Positions 46,231 through 55,984 of a stretch of DNA of 64,000 nt are shown here, one piece after another (within the stretch, counting starts at the first letter, position 1; each line of letters starts with the position of its first letter). Origin of the DNA: Polyangiales bacterium (GTDB taxonomy: Bacteria > Myxococcota_A > Polyangia > Polyangiales > Polyangiaceae). The stretch spans positions 224,001 through 288,000 of the forward strand of contig JBBRLQ010000004.1 of the NCBI GenBank assembly GCA_038231275.1, in the 5' to 3' direction. Below the pieces are notes generated by a model, which was not told the origin of the DNA, ran no database searches, and saw only the letters and a program-made list of their open reading frames with translations. The translations under genes and the position numbers were made by a program.

Positions 46231-47747
46231 CCTGTCGGTCTCGGCGCGAAGCCCTTCCGCGCGAATTTGTCCCAGCCCTGCTTCCCCTTCATGAAGTCCC
46301 AGAGCCCGCGGAGCTGCCACCCCATCAGATACTGCCGATACCCCAAGTTCGACAAAAATCCGGTGAACAAGAGGATGAGCACGTCACTCAAGCGTTCGTA
46401 TTTGAAGAGCGAGAGCCCCGCCACCGCCGCCCGGGTGCCGCGCTCGGTCGTGATGCAGAGGAGGACCGACAGCGTGCTCAAGAGGAGGTTGATGCCCATC
46501 GCGAGGGCCAGGAACGTCAGGAGCGCTTTCACGGACAGGATGCCCAGCGCCAACGTCAGGAGGAATACGACGTACCCGGCGCACTCGAGCACGGGCGCCA
46601 GCGCCTCGAAGAGGAGCTGGTACGGCAACGAGAAGAGCCCGACCTGCCGAAAGCGCGGGTTGAACATCATCACGCGGTGGTAGCTGAGCACCTCGAGCAG
46701 CCCGCGGTACCAGCGCGAGCGCTGCTTGCCGATGTCGGTGTAGTTCTCGGGTGCCTCGGTCCACGCGGTCGGAAACGGGAGGATCGAAATCTTTCCAGGA
46801 AGCTTCTTGTCGAGCAGGTACCGGTGGAGGCGGACGACGATCTCCATGTCCTCGCACACCGTGTGGACGCCTTGGCCGCAATACTCGATGCCGATCTTCG
46901 ACTGCATCGTCTTGGTCAGAAATCCGCCGATCGACAGGACCAGATCGCGTCGCATCAAGGCGAACACGCCCGAAAGAACGAGCAGCGACCGCAGCGCCGC
47001 GAACGCCATGCGCCCCTGCGCGAACGAACGCATGTACTCGACGATCTGGAAGCGCCCGATCCAGGTCTTCGGCAAGCGCATCTCGACGACGCGCCCGTCT
47101 TCCACGACGGAGCCGTTGGAGATCCCGACCTGCACACCGACCGCCACGACCTCCTCGCGATCGTCGACGATCGGCCGCGCGGCGAGGAGGAGCGCGTCGG
47201 GCGTGAGGAGGCTGTCGGCGTCCATGCTCGTGACGTAGTCCCCGCGCGCGACGTTGATGCACGCGTTGAGAGCGTCGGCCTTCCCGCCGTTCTCCTTGTC
47301 GATGAGGACGAGGCGCGTGAGCCCCGCCGGGAGCGGCCCGCGCACCTCGTAGAAGCTCCGGATGGGGGCCGTCACGAGCTGCTCGTCGTATTCGAGCTCG
47401 ACGCGCACGAAGTGGAACGCGCGTAAAAGCTCCCCGACCGTTTTGTCCTTCGAGCCGTCGTTGCAGACCACGATCTCGAACGACGGATACCGCAGCCGCA
47501 GCAGCGACCGGATGCTGTCGCAGATCGTGACCTCCTCGTTGTATGCGGGGACGAGGAGCGTCACGTGCGGAAGGAAGCGATCGTGCTCACGCGCGAGCGC
47601 AGGGCGTACGTGCTCGTTCGCCAGGACGTCCCCAATCCGCCGCGCGCTCAAGAGGCTGAACACGATGTTGATGAGGAAGAACACCAGCACGTAGGCCAGG
47701 ACGAAGGCGTCCAAGGCCCATAAAATGGCTGTGACGAGCTGCACCAC
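46227..47747 (-). CDS. Processive GT2 glycosyltransferase (PgaC/IcaA/chitin-synthase-like polysaccharide synthase)
   Basis: PAYNEE, DGSKD, ENGGKADALN, DADS, EDME, TEAPE, QRSRW and flanking TM helices; GTG start at 47747 or 47744. Confidence 0.92.
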   Translation of the reverse strand: MVQLVTAILWALDAFVLAYVLVFFLINIVFSLLSARRIGDVLANEHVRPALAREHDRFLPHVTLLVPAYNEEVTICDSIRSLLRLRYPSFEIVVCNDGSKDKTVGELLRAFHFVRVELEYDEQLVTAPIRSFYEVRGPLPAGLTRLVLIDKENGGKADALNACINVARGDYVTSMDADSLLTPDALLLAARPIVDDREEVVAVGVQVGISNGSVVEDGRVVEMRLPKTWIGRFQIVEYMRSFAQGRMAFAALRSLLVLSGVFALMRRDLVLSIGGFLTKTMQSKIGIEYCGQGVHTVCEDMEIVVRLHRYLLDKKLPGKISILPFPTAWTEAPENYTDIGKQRSRWYRGLLEVLSYHRVMMFNPRFRQVGLFSLPYQLLFEALAPVLECAGYVVFLLTLALGILSVKALLTFLALAMGINLLLSTLSVLLCITTERGTRAAVAGLSLFKYERLSDVLILLFTGFLSNLGYRQYLMGWQLRGLWDFMKGKQGWDKFARKGFAPRPTG

Positions 47748-47776
47748 GAGCGGGTCTGGCTCGAGAGTAGCGTAGA

Positions 47777-49135
47777 ATGGCGAGCAAGTTGGCGATCGCG
47801 ACGAATCGGCGGGCGACGCGCCTGGTGTGGGTCCTGGCACGACTCCTCGCGATCGCTGCGATCGGTGGCGTCGTGTCTTGGCCCGCAACCGCACGCGCGT
47901 CGGACTGCGCCGCGAGCCGTTACACGGCGGGAGCGACCACGCGCGACGCCGCGATCCTCGAGGCCGGGCAGCTCGCCGCGGCGGGGCGCTACGCCGATGC
48001 GCGCGCCGCCTACCTCGACCTCCTGAGCCGCAACGAGGACGACTCCGAGGCGCTCTACGGGCTCGCGCGCGTCGACGCGTGGCAAGGATGCGCCATGCTC
48101 GCGGAGAGCGAGTACACGCGGGTCCTCGTCGCGCACCCGAGGGACGCCGACGTGCGGGCCGGCCTCGTCGACCTCTTCGTGTGGAACGATCGCTACGACG
48201 AGGCGAGCCGCATGATCGACGAGGGCCTCGCTCTCGATCCGCGCTCACCTGCGCTGCTGGCGAGGAAGGCGCGCATGCTCGCGTGGAAGGGCGAGGCGGT
48301 GGAGGCCGCGCGCATGGCCGACGAGGCGGTGAGCCTGGCGCCGGACGACGGGGATCTCGCGGCGATGCGCGCCCGCATGTTCGTGGGGGAGGCGCGCGTC
48401 GCCGGGCGGTTGGATCTCTACCCGCCGGGCTACCAGGATCTCTACGCGCTCGGCGGTCAAGTCCTCGGGCGCGTGCGGCGCTTCGAGCTGTACGGAGGAA
48501 TCCAAGCGCTCGAACGCTACGGCGGCGCGACGTCGCGCCCGGTCCTCGACGCGCGTTATCCGTTCGGACTCCTCTACCATCCCGCGCTCGGCGTCACGCT
48601 CGGCGCCGAGATCGCGCCAGGCCTCCCCGCCAACGCGATCCCCGACGTCGCGATCAAGACCTTCGCGAACGTGCCGGTCGCGCACCGGACCTCGGCGTAC
48701 CTCGCGTACTCGTTCTGGCACTTCGGCGGCGGTGAGCTCGTGAACATCCTCAACCCGTCCGTCGAGGTGACGTTGCCGCGCGACGTTCGCGTGACCGTGC
48801 GCGGGTGGCTCTCCGCGGTGACGCTCCCCCGCCCTTCGCCGCAGACGGCGGACACGAAGATCGCCGGCGCGCTGGGACCGGCCGCGGCCTGGGACGTGAC
48901 GCCGCGCGTGACGGTCGGCGCTTGGTACACCTACGGGACCGAGCTCGATCAGAACCCCGCACTCTTCCAGCTCCTGGCGTTCCGCTCGCACCAGGTGGGC
49001 ACGTTCGGGGAGGTCTTGTTCAACCGCTTTCAGGGCGTTCGGCCGCTCGTTCAGGTCGCCCGACGCGAGGCGACGTCATCGGGCGTGTCCATTTGGACGA
49101 TCTCCTTCGAGCTCGGCGCGTGGCTGCGCTGGTGA
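47777..49135 (+). CDS. TPR + YaiO-like outer-membrane beta-barrel protein
   Basis: Signal peptide, about 4 TPRs (ALYGLARVDAWQG, VRAGLVDLFVWND), amphipathic strands, C-terminal ELGAWLRW beta-signal. Confidence 0.75.
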   Translation: MASKLAIATNRRATRLVWVLARLLAIAAIGGVVSWPATARASDCAASRYTAGATTRDAAILEAGQLAAAGRYADARAAYLDLLSRNEDDSEALYGLARVDAWQGCAMLAESEYTRVLVAHPRDADVRAGLVDLFVWNDRYDEASRMIDEGLALDPRSPALLARKARMLAWKGEAVEAARMADEAVSLAPDDGDLAAMRARMFVGEARVAGRLDLYPPGYQDLYALGGQVLGRVRRFELYGGIQALERYGGATSRPVLDARYPFGLLYHPALGVTLGAEIAPGLPANAIPDVAIKTFANVPVAHRTSAYLAYSFWHFGGGELVNILNPSVEVTLPRDVRVTVRGWLSAVTLPRPSPQTADTKIAGALGPAAAWDVTPRVTVGAWYTYGTELDQNPALFQLLAFRSHQVGTFGEVLFNRFQGVRPLVQVARREATSSGVSIWTISFELGAWLRW

Positions 49136-49180
49136 ATCGATTTCCCTAAAGGTGCCCCGATCGGAGCCGTTCGTGGGGTT

Positions 49181-49489
49181 GTGACGATCGCGAGCCATCC
49201 TCCGCGCACGCTCGACCGGGTCCTCGGAGATCTGACGGTGGCGCGGCGTGCGCTCGCCTCAGGCGACGGTCCGACGGGAGAGGCCGCGCTCGTCCGCGCC
49301 TTCGCGCAGCTCGGTACGGCGTACGCGCACCTCGGCGCCTGCGAGCGACCCGAGGTCACGGCGCGCCTCCAGGCGGTCTACGATCTCTGCACGCGCTACA
49401 TCGGCGCCGCGGGCGTCGGCGAGACGCGCGGCATCGACGCGGCGATCCGACTCCTCGCGCCCGTCCGCGACGCGCTCGGCGAAGTCTAG
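49181..49489 (+). CDS. FliS-like four-helix protein
   Basis: ARRALASGD...LVRA..QL..AYAHL...PEVTARLQAVYD.C..YI..A...IDAAIRLLAPVRDA follows the FliS pattern by eye. Confidence 0.5.
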   Translation: MTIASHPPRTLDRVLGDLTVARRALASGDGPTGEAALVRAFAQLGTAYAHLGACERPEVTARLQAVYDLCTRYIGAAGVGETRGIDAAIRLLAPVRDALGEV

Positions 49490-49528
49490 AGCACGTCTAG
49501 CTCACGACTCCGTTACGGCGACGGCCGT

Positions 49529-50422
49529 CTAGAAGTGCTGCTTCACGACGTCGAGCTTCTCGCTCTGCGGGAAGCTCAGCTTGCGCGTCGCCTTGTCGAT
49601 GCACGCGGCGACCTTGTTGTTGGTCGGCGTGATCTTCACCGACACACCCAGCACCTTGCCCGACTTCACCGCCGCGCAGATGTCCGCGTTCGCGCTGTCG
49701 GAGAGGCCGCAGCCCCCGAAGAAGGTGCTGTTCGCCATGGGCCTGCCGAGCTGATCTTTGGTCAGATCGGGCTTGCTGTTCTTCTTGCCCATGTCGATCG
49801 TCTGCGGGTTCTCGTCCATCGCCTTCTCGCAGCTCTTGCCCGTCGAGACGGCGATCTGGACGCTGAGCTCCTCGTGCGAGCCGCTCTTGGCGTCGTGATC
49901 GTAGATGGCGACGTGGATCTTGGTGCCCTCGTCGTTGATCTTGTCGAGATCCTCCCACGGGATGATCTTGTCGCCGGTGTAGCCGTGCTGGGTGTGAATC
50001 AGCGGAACCTCGACCGATTTGTTCCCCTTGCCGCGCGGGTACACGATGACGGCGTCGCGGTTCTTCACGTCGCTGCCGAGCGCGCCCATCTTCACCTCGT
50101 CGTCGGTGGCGTTGATGGTGATGCGAATGCCCTCTGGGAGCGTCTCGATCTTGATGGCGCCCGAGTAGTCGCCGTGCCCGCTGCCCGAGCACGGGACGAA
50201 CGTCTCGCTGCCGTCCTCGTCGTGGATGTCGTGGGCGTGGACCTTGTCCTTCTCGCCGCAGCTGTGCGGTGTCGGCCGCGCGACCTTCGCGATCGACTCG
50301 CCGTGGTGCTGGTCGTTGTCGGTCTTCGGTGTGGCCGGGCCGTCGGTGGCGGGCGTGCCGCCTCCACATGCCACCAGATACGAGAGCGCGCACGCCGAGG
50401 CGAGGATCGAGAGAGTTCGCAT
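49529..50422 (-). CDS. Hypothetical lipoprotein with AgmX/PglI-C (TonB-C-like) terminal domain
   Basis: Real start at ATG 50422, lipobox LVA-C; C-terminal VAACIDKATRKLSFP. Confidence 0.65.
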   Translation of the reverse strand: MRTLSILASACALSYLVACGGGTPATDGPATPKTDNDQHHGESIAKVARPTPHSCGEKDKVHAHDIHDEDGSETFVPCSGSGHGDYSGAIKIETLPEGIRITINATDDEVKMGALGSDVKNRDAVIVYPRGKGNKSVEVPLIHTQHGYTGDKIIPWEDLDKINDEGTKIHVAIYDHDAKSGSHEELSVQIAVSTGKSCEKAMDENPQTIDMGKKNSKPDLTKDQLGRPMANSTFFGGCGLSDSANADICAAVKSGKVLGVSVKITPTNNKVAACIDKATRKLSFPQSEKLDVVKQHF

Positions 50423-50448
50423 GGGTGGGGAGCCTACCAGAGGAAGAG

Positions 50449-53025
50449 TTACGGCTGAACCACGACGATGGCGGTCCCGAAGGCCGCCATTTGTAGCGAA
50501 ATACCGTTCGATCCGAGATCGGCGCCGGTCCTCGTGCCCAGCGCCGCTCCGGTGAGGCCTTCGGTCAGCGTGTACGTCGCCGGCGGCGTCAGCCCGAGCC
50601 GATCGAGCGCGCCAAGCTGGAGATCGACGACGCCCGCGTCGTGTCCGCTGACGACGAAGAGGAAGAGTGGGGCCTTCACTCCACGCGCGCGACGTGCCCA
50701 CGCCGCCTCGCGCAGCCCCTTCGCGCTCACCGCCGGTGCGGCCCCGCCGACGACCATCGCCAGGTGCTGCGCGAGCGCCCGCTTGCGCGTGAGATCTCCG
50801 GTGTCCGCGCCGTAGTACGCGCTGTCGTTGTAGACGCTCGACACGTACCCGCCGAGGAGGGCGCGCGGTGCGCCGTCGCCGGTCACCTCCCACGCGACCA
50901 CGCGTCCGTCGCCGCCAAGCGGCTGGTTTCGCTCGACGATCAGCGGCGTGAACGACGCGGCCTTCGGCGTCCAGAACGTCTCGTACCAATACGTGCGCGT
51001 GGTGCCGGCGCCGCTCGCGAGCTTCTGGTTCGCGTCGCCGCTCCGGAGCCCAACGCCCGGCCACGAATACATCCCGTTCGGATCGGCGTCGAAGAGCGCC
51101 GCGAGCTTCTGGACCTCCGGCGACGCCGTGCCGTCGAGACCCGCCGAGCCGCGATCGAGCAAGAGGATGAGCGTCCCGCCGCCCTCGTGGAACTTCGTGA
51201 GCTTCGCGGCGGTGTCGGCGCCGACGATCTTCGGCAAGAGGAAGAAGACCACCTTGAACGCCGAGAAATCCTGCGTGGTTTGCGCCTCGACGACCTGCGG
51301 GTTCATGCCCGCCTCGTGGAGCCAGCCGAAGAGGCCCGGGTACTCGTTCACGTACATCGCCTGCACGTCGTCGTTGGTTCCGGCTTGCGGCACCGCATAG
51401 CGCGCGTCCTGGACGATCGCGACGGGATCCTCGACTTCGTCGCTCCCCTCGAGCGCGAGCCCCCACGTCGAGAGGAGCGCTCCCCATTTCTTCAGCACGT
51501 CGTACCGCGGGCGCAGCGATCCATCGAGGCCGATCGCCGCCTGGAAATCGTAGTCGGAGCCGTCGAGGTTGAGGCCGCCGCGCATCGTGTAGAAGCTGCC
51601 GCCCTTCATGCCGTGGCCGATCGCCTTCGCGAGGAGCTGATCGGTCGCCTCGGGGCGCACGTTGGGCTTCACGCCGAGGGGGAACGAATAGAAGCCCCCT
51701 TGCAGCTCGGCGCCCCACGCGAAGCGGCCGCCGGTGTCCTTCGTGTAGAGGAGGTTCGAGCCGGCGTAGAGCTTGGTGAAGTAGTCGACCTGGTACGGCT
51801 GATCGGAGACCTCGCCGTTCGTGGGAAATTGCTTGGGGTAGAGGTCGAGGCCGGCGAGGCCGATCTGGTTTTTGGTCTGGCCGTCGTGGACGAGCACGTT
51901 GCGGGTGGGAACGCCGAACGGCGAGTCGTTGGTGAGAAACAGGATCTCGGGCTCGCGAACTCCGCGCGTCTCGAGCATCGCGCGGATGGTCTTCAGGTAG
52001 TCGAGCACGTACGCGAGGCCGGCCTCGTACCAGTCGCGCGCGGCGACATCGTCGGAGACCGCCGAGGGGAGCGCGCTGGGCGGCACCACGTCGGCGAAGG
52101 ACGCATACGTCTTCGCGTACGCGGCATCGAGCGCGGCGATCGTCCCGTAGCGCGCCTCCAGGAACTTTTTGTAGTGGGCGACCGCGACAGGGTTGTAGTC
52201 GACGTCGCCGAAGCGATTGCTCCAGTAGAGGTTGGTCTCGTTGTCGACTTGCACGGCCACGACGCAGCGCCGATCGATGTACTTTCGAACGATCGGCAGC
52301 ACCTGATCGAACCAGTCGGCGACGCCGGAGAGGTAGCGAGGATCGAGGTAGGTCGGCTGCGCCTGCGTCGCGTCGCCCGTCGGCGAGAACGTGAACGTGG
52401 ACCCGTCGGATTTTTTCACGAGCGCGTCGGGGAACGCGTCCTTCCACCACTTGGGCACCGCGCCGTACGTCCCGAAGCCACGCGGCCACTCCGAGGTGAT
52501 GAGCGGGCCTGGCTTGGCGACGATCTTCATCCCCGCGTCGCACGCGATCTGGAAGAATTTGTCGACGTCGCGCGCGCCCTTGAAGTCCCAGACGCCCTGC
52601 ACGTTCGAGTGGTAGTCCCACGGGAGGTACGTGGTGACGAGGTTCATGTGGGCGGCCTTCATCTTGTCGATGGAGTCCTGCCAGAGCGCTTGCGTCTTCG
52701 CGGCGTCGAAGTCGGGATCGCGTACGCGGAAATAGTGGATTTCTCCGCCGTAGAGGAACATCGGCGTGCCGTCGACGACGAGCTGGCCCCCACGGACGAC
52801 GACGGAAGGACCTAGGGCCGCGGCCTCACCGCCGTCGGCCAAGGCATCGGGGACGATCGCACCGTCGCCGGCCTCGACTCCTGACTCGGCGGGCACGAAC
52901 GTCGCCGGCGCGTCGCCGCTGCTGCCGCAGGCGCCGCCCACCATGACCGTGACCGCGACCGCAAAGACCGCGGTCGAAAGCGCGCCGATCCTTGCTACGG
53001 TCTTTCGCTCGATGCGGACGCGCAC
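50449..53025 (-). CDS. GH35 beta-galactosidase-family lipoprotein
   Basis: GGEIHYFR, KPGP.ITSEW, VQVDNE (acid/base), AELQGG (nucleophile), YTMRGG.N; lipobox GGA-C. Confidence 0.85.
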   Translation of the reverse strand: MRVRIERKTVARIGALSTAVFAVAVTVMVGGACGSSGDAPATFVPAESGVEAGDGAIVPDALADGGEAAALGPSVVVRGGQLVVDGTPMFLYGGEIHYFRVRDPDFDAAKTQALWQDSIDKMKAAHMNLVTTYLPWDYHSNVQGVWDFKGARDVDKFFQIACDAGMKIVAKPGPLITSEWPRGFGTYGAVPKWWKDAFPDALVKKSDGSTFTFSPTGDATQAQPTYLDPRYLSGVADWFDQVLPIVRKYIDRRCVVAVQVDNETNLYWSNRFGDVDYNPVAVAHYKKFLEARYGTIAALDAAYAKTYASFADVVPPSALPSAVSDDVAARDWYEAGLAYVLDYLKTIRAMLETRGVREPEILFLTNDSPFGVPTRNVLVHDGQTKNQIGLAGLDLYPKQFPTNGEVSDQPYQVDYFTKLYAGSNLLYTKDTGGRFAWGAELQGGFYSFPLGVKPNVRPEATDQLLAKAIGHGMKGGSFYTMRGGLNLDGSDYDFQAAIGLDGSLRPRYDVLKKWGALLSTWGLALEGSDEVEDPVAIVQDARYAVPQAGTNDDVQAMYVNEYPGLFGWLHEAGMNPQVVEAQTTQDFSAFKVVFFLLPKIVGADTAAKLTKFHEGGGTLILLLDRGSAGLDGTASPEVQKLAALFDADPNGMYSWPGVGLRSGDANQKLASGAGTTRTYWYETFWTPKAASFTPLIVERNQPLGGDGRVVAWEVTGDGAPRALLGGYVSSVYNDSAYYGADTGDLTRKRALAQHLAMVVGGAAPAVSAKGLREAAWARRARGVKAPLFLFVVSGHDAGVVDLQLGALDRLGLTPPATYTLTEGLTGAALGTRTGADLGSNGISLQMAAFGTAIVVVQP

Positions 53026-55015
53026 GGTAAGAGAGAGGATAGCGCCGGCCGGCCTCTGCGTCGCCCTGGCCGCGGCGATCGTCAGCGACGCGCGCGCGCA
53101 AGCTCCAACGACCGGGCTGGTTCCGTCGTCGCCTTTCGACGTAGACGCGCAGATGGCGCTCCATGCCGATCCGGTCGCGAGCTACGTGCTCCGCGCGACG
53201 CTCGATCCGGTGGCGCACACGGTCCACGGCGACGGGACCCTCACGTGGCGCAACACGAGCAACGCGCCCGTGCACGAGATCTGGCTCCACCTCTATTTGA
53301 ACGCCTTCAAGAACGAGCGCAGCGTCTTCCTGCGCACGCCCCTTTCCGGCGGGCGCGGCGTCGGAAGGCCGACCGACTGGGGCTACGTCGACGTGCGCAG
53401 GCTCGCACTGCGAGATCTCGACGGGGCGTCGGCGATCGACCTCGCGCCGCAGATTCAGCTCTCGCGCCCCAACGATCCCGACGAGACCGACGCGCGCGTC
53501 CCCCTCCCGCGCGACGTCGCGCCGGGCGAGACGATCGCGCTCGACATGGTGTGGGACTCCAAGCTCCCCAGCGTGCTCGAGCGCACCGGGTATAGCGGGA
53601 GCTTCCACTTCGTTGCGCAGTGGTTCCCGAAGATCGCGCGCCTCGAGCCGGACGGCCGCTGGGCGCATTTCCCGTTCTACCGTTTGAGCGAATTTTACGC
53701 CGATTTCGGTACCTACGACGTCACCCTCGACGTGCCGCAGTCGTTCACGATCGGCGCCACTGGACCGATGATCGAGTCGCGCATCGACAAGGGACGGCGC
53801 ATCGAGCGCCACGTGCAGACCGACATCCACGACTTCGCGTGGACGGCGTGGGATCAGTGGCAGACGACGGTCGACACCATCGACGGGGTCCAGGTCACCC
53901 TCCTCTATCCTCCCGGCTACCGCGTCGACGCCAAGCGCGAGCTCGACGCGCTGCGCTTCGTGATGCCGTACTTCGACCAGCGGTACGGCCGCTACCCGTA
54001 CCCGGTGCTCACCGTCGTGCACCCGCCGTTCACCGCGGCCGAGGCGGGCGGCATGGAATACCCGACGCTCATCACGACCGGCGGCCCCTGGTATGGCCCG
54101 CCGGGAATCCTCGGGCCTGAGCTCGTGACGGTCCACGAATACGGGCATCAGTATTTCTACGGCCTCATCGCGACCAACGAGCACGACTGGCCGTTCCTCG
54201 ACGAGGGCCTCAATTCGTTCGCCGAACAGGACGCGATGGCGAAATGGCGCGGCGCCGGCAGCGCGGCCGAGCTCCTCGGCTTCGCGTTCAGCGACGGCGT
54301 GCTGCAAGGCGCGATCAGCAACCTCTCCGTCCACGACGAGCGCGTCGCGCAGCCGGCCGCTGATTTCACGAGCGGCGGAGGCTACGCCGGCCTCGTCTAC
54401 TTCCGCACCGGCGCGATCATGGAGACGATGCGCCGCGTGTACGGCGACGAGCCTGTCGCCCGCGCCCTCGGCCGTTACGCGCGCAAAGGGCGCTTCATGC
54501 ACCCGGTCCCCGACGATCTCCTCGCCACCTTCGCCGAAGTGCTCGGCCCGCCCGCCGCCGCGACATTGCACGCCGCGTACTTCGAGAAGGGCTGGGTCGA
54601 CTACGTCGTCGCCGACGTGAGATCGCACGCCGTGCACGACGCGACGGGAGTCTTCGATCGCGACGGCAAGCGCGAGACGGTGCGCGAGGGCAAGGCGGCC
54701 GGCGCCTTCGAAGGATGGGCGCTCGTCACGCGACGCGGCACGCTGAGCTTCCCCGTCGACATCGAGCTCGTCCTCGAGGACGGCACGACGCAGCGCGTGC
54801 GGTGGGACGGCCAGGGCGACTCGATACGTGTACCTTACACGGGTGCGTCGGCGCTCCGGGCGGCGGTCGTCGATCCCGATGACCTCGTCCTCGTCGATCA
54901 GCAGCGCACCAACAACTTCGCGGCCGCCGCCTCCGGGAGCCGCGGGAGCACCTCGCGGACGACGGAGAAGCTCGTCTACTGGACCGAGCTGGTGCTCCAG
55001 GCGGTGCTGCCGTGA
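53012..55015 (+). CDS. Secreted M1-family zinc aminopeptidase
   Basis: GGMEYP, HEYGHQYF...LDEG, QWFPK; signal peptide ending ARA-Q; start uncertain, ATG 53012 chosen. Confidence 0.88.
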   Translation: MRTRTVRERIAPAGLCVALAAAIVSDARAQAPTTGLVPSSPFDVDAQMALHADPVASYVLRATLDPVAHTVHGDGTLTWRNTSNAPVHEIWLHLYLNAFKNERSVFLRTPLSGGRGVGRPTDWGYVDVRRLALRDLDGASAIDLAPQIQLSRPNDPDETDARVPLPRDVAPGETIALDMVWDSKLPSVLERTGYSGSFHFVAQWFPKIARLEPDGRWAHFPFYRLSEFYADFGTYDVTLDVPQSFTIGATGPMIESRIDKGRRIERHVQTDIHDFAWTAWDQWQTTVDTIDGVQVTLLYPPGYRVDAKRELDALRFVMPYFDQRYGRYPYPVLTVVHPPFTAAEAGGMEYPTLITTGGPWYGPPGILGPELVTVHEYGHQYFYGLIATNEHDWPFLDEGLNSFAEQDAMAKWRGAGSAAELLGFAFSDGVLQGAISNLSVHDERVAQPAADFTSGGGYAGLVYFRTGAIMETMRRVYGDEPVARALGRYARKGRFMHPVPDDLLATFAEVLGPPAAATLHAAYFEKGWVDYVVADVRSHAVHDATGVFDRDGKRETVREGKAAGAFEGWALVTRRGTLSFPVDIELVLEDGTTQRVRWDGQGDSIRVPYTGASALRAAVVDPDDLVLVDQQRTNNFAAAASGSRGSTSRTTEKLVYWTELVLQAVLP

Positions 55016-55980
55016 CGCTGCCGGCGACCGAGGTGACGAGCGCGGCGGAGACGGACGAGGCGGCCGAGAAGCCCGAGAAGCTCGATCCGCAGCGCCTCGT
55101 GCTGCTCGCGAACGCGTCGATGCGCGCGCGCCGGCGTCCGCTCGCGGTCGTCCTCGTGTGGGGGTACGAGCTGCTCCTCGCGGCGACGATCGCGTGGCCC
55201 GCGGCGAGCTACGTGAACGGCGTGTACGGCGCGCATCCCATGGGCGATGCACCGCTGTTCCGGCCCGGAGGCCTCGCGCTGGCCGATCTGGCGGTGCGCG
55301 CGCGCCCGGTGATGGCCGCCCTCTCCGCGCACGCGTCGCCGCTCTTCGCGGTGGGGGCGGTGCTCGGCCTGATTCCGCTGGCGCTCCTCATCGTGCAGAT
55401 CGCCCACGCGACGCCGGCGCGAAAGTCTCCGCCGCTGGGAGCTTCGCTCGCGCGCGCGTGGAGCGTTTTCCCGCGGTTCTTCGCGCTGATGATCGCCTCG
55501 GCGTTCGTGCAGGGACTGCTCTTGATCGCGGGCATGTTGGCGGCGAGCGCGACGGCGGGCGGCACGACGCGGAGCATGGGCGAGGCGCGCGCACAGCAGC
55601 TGGGGTTCGTCGTCTTCGCGGTTTTCCTGCTCCTCACGGCGACTGCGGGCGTCCTCCACGACGTCGCGCGGACGGCGGCGGTGCGCTTCGACGTCGGCGT
55701 GCTGCGCGCGGTGCGCCTCGCGAGCAACGCCCTCCGCCGCGGGTTTCTCGCCCTCATGTGGTCATGGGGATGGCGCGCCGCGATCGGCCTCGTCCCGATC
55801 GCGATCGCTGCGGCCCTCTCCGCCAAGCTCGCCGGCCGCGGCGTCACCGCCCTCTGGGCCATGGCCGCGATCCACCAGCTCGTCATCCTCGCCCGCGTCG
55901 CCCTCCGCGCGTCGTGGCTCGCGAAGGCGCTGCGCGTCGTCGACCACGCGCACCACGTGACGCGCTCGAAGACGGACTGA
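55012..55980 (+). CDS. Hypothetical polytopic membrane protein
   Basis: GTGA overlap with the peptidase stop; about 6 TM segments. Confidence 0.7.
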   Translation: MTLPATEVTSAAETDEAAEKPEKLDPQRLVLLANASMRARRRPLAVVLVWGYELLLAATIAWPAASYVNGVYGAHPMGDAPLFRPGGLALADLAVRARPVMAALSAHASPLFAVGAVLGLIPLALLIVQIAHATPARKSPPLGASLARAWSVFPRFFALMIASAFVQGLLLIAGMLAASATAGGTTRSMGEARAQQLGFVVFAVFLLLTATAGVLHDVARTAAVRFDVGVLRAVRLASNALRRGFLALMWSWGWRAAIGLVPIAIAAALSAKLAGRGVTALWAMAAIHQLVILARVALRASWLAKALRVVDHAHHVTRSKTD

Positions 55981-55984
55981 CCGT

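Noticed and set aside
49529-52621. Apparent 1030-aa protein
   Set aside because: Only the last 297 codons (from ATG 50422, with signal peptide and lipobox) look real; the rest is an off-frame shadow of the GH35 gene.
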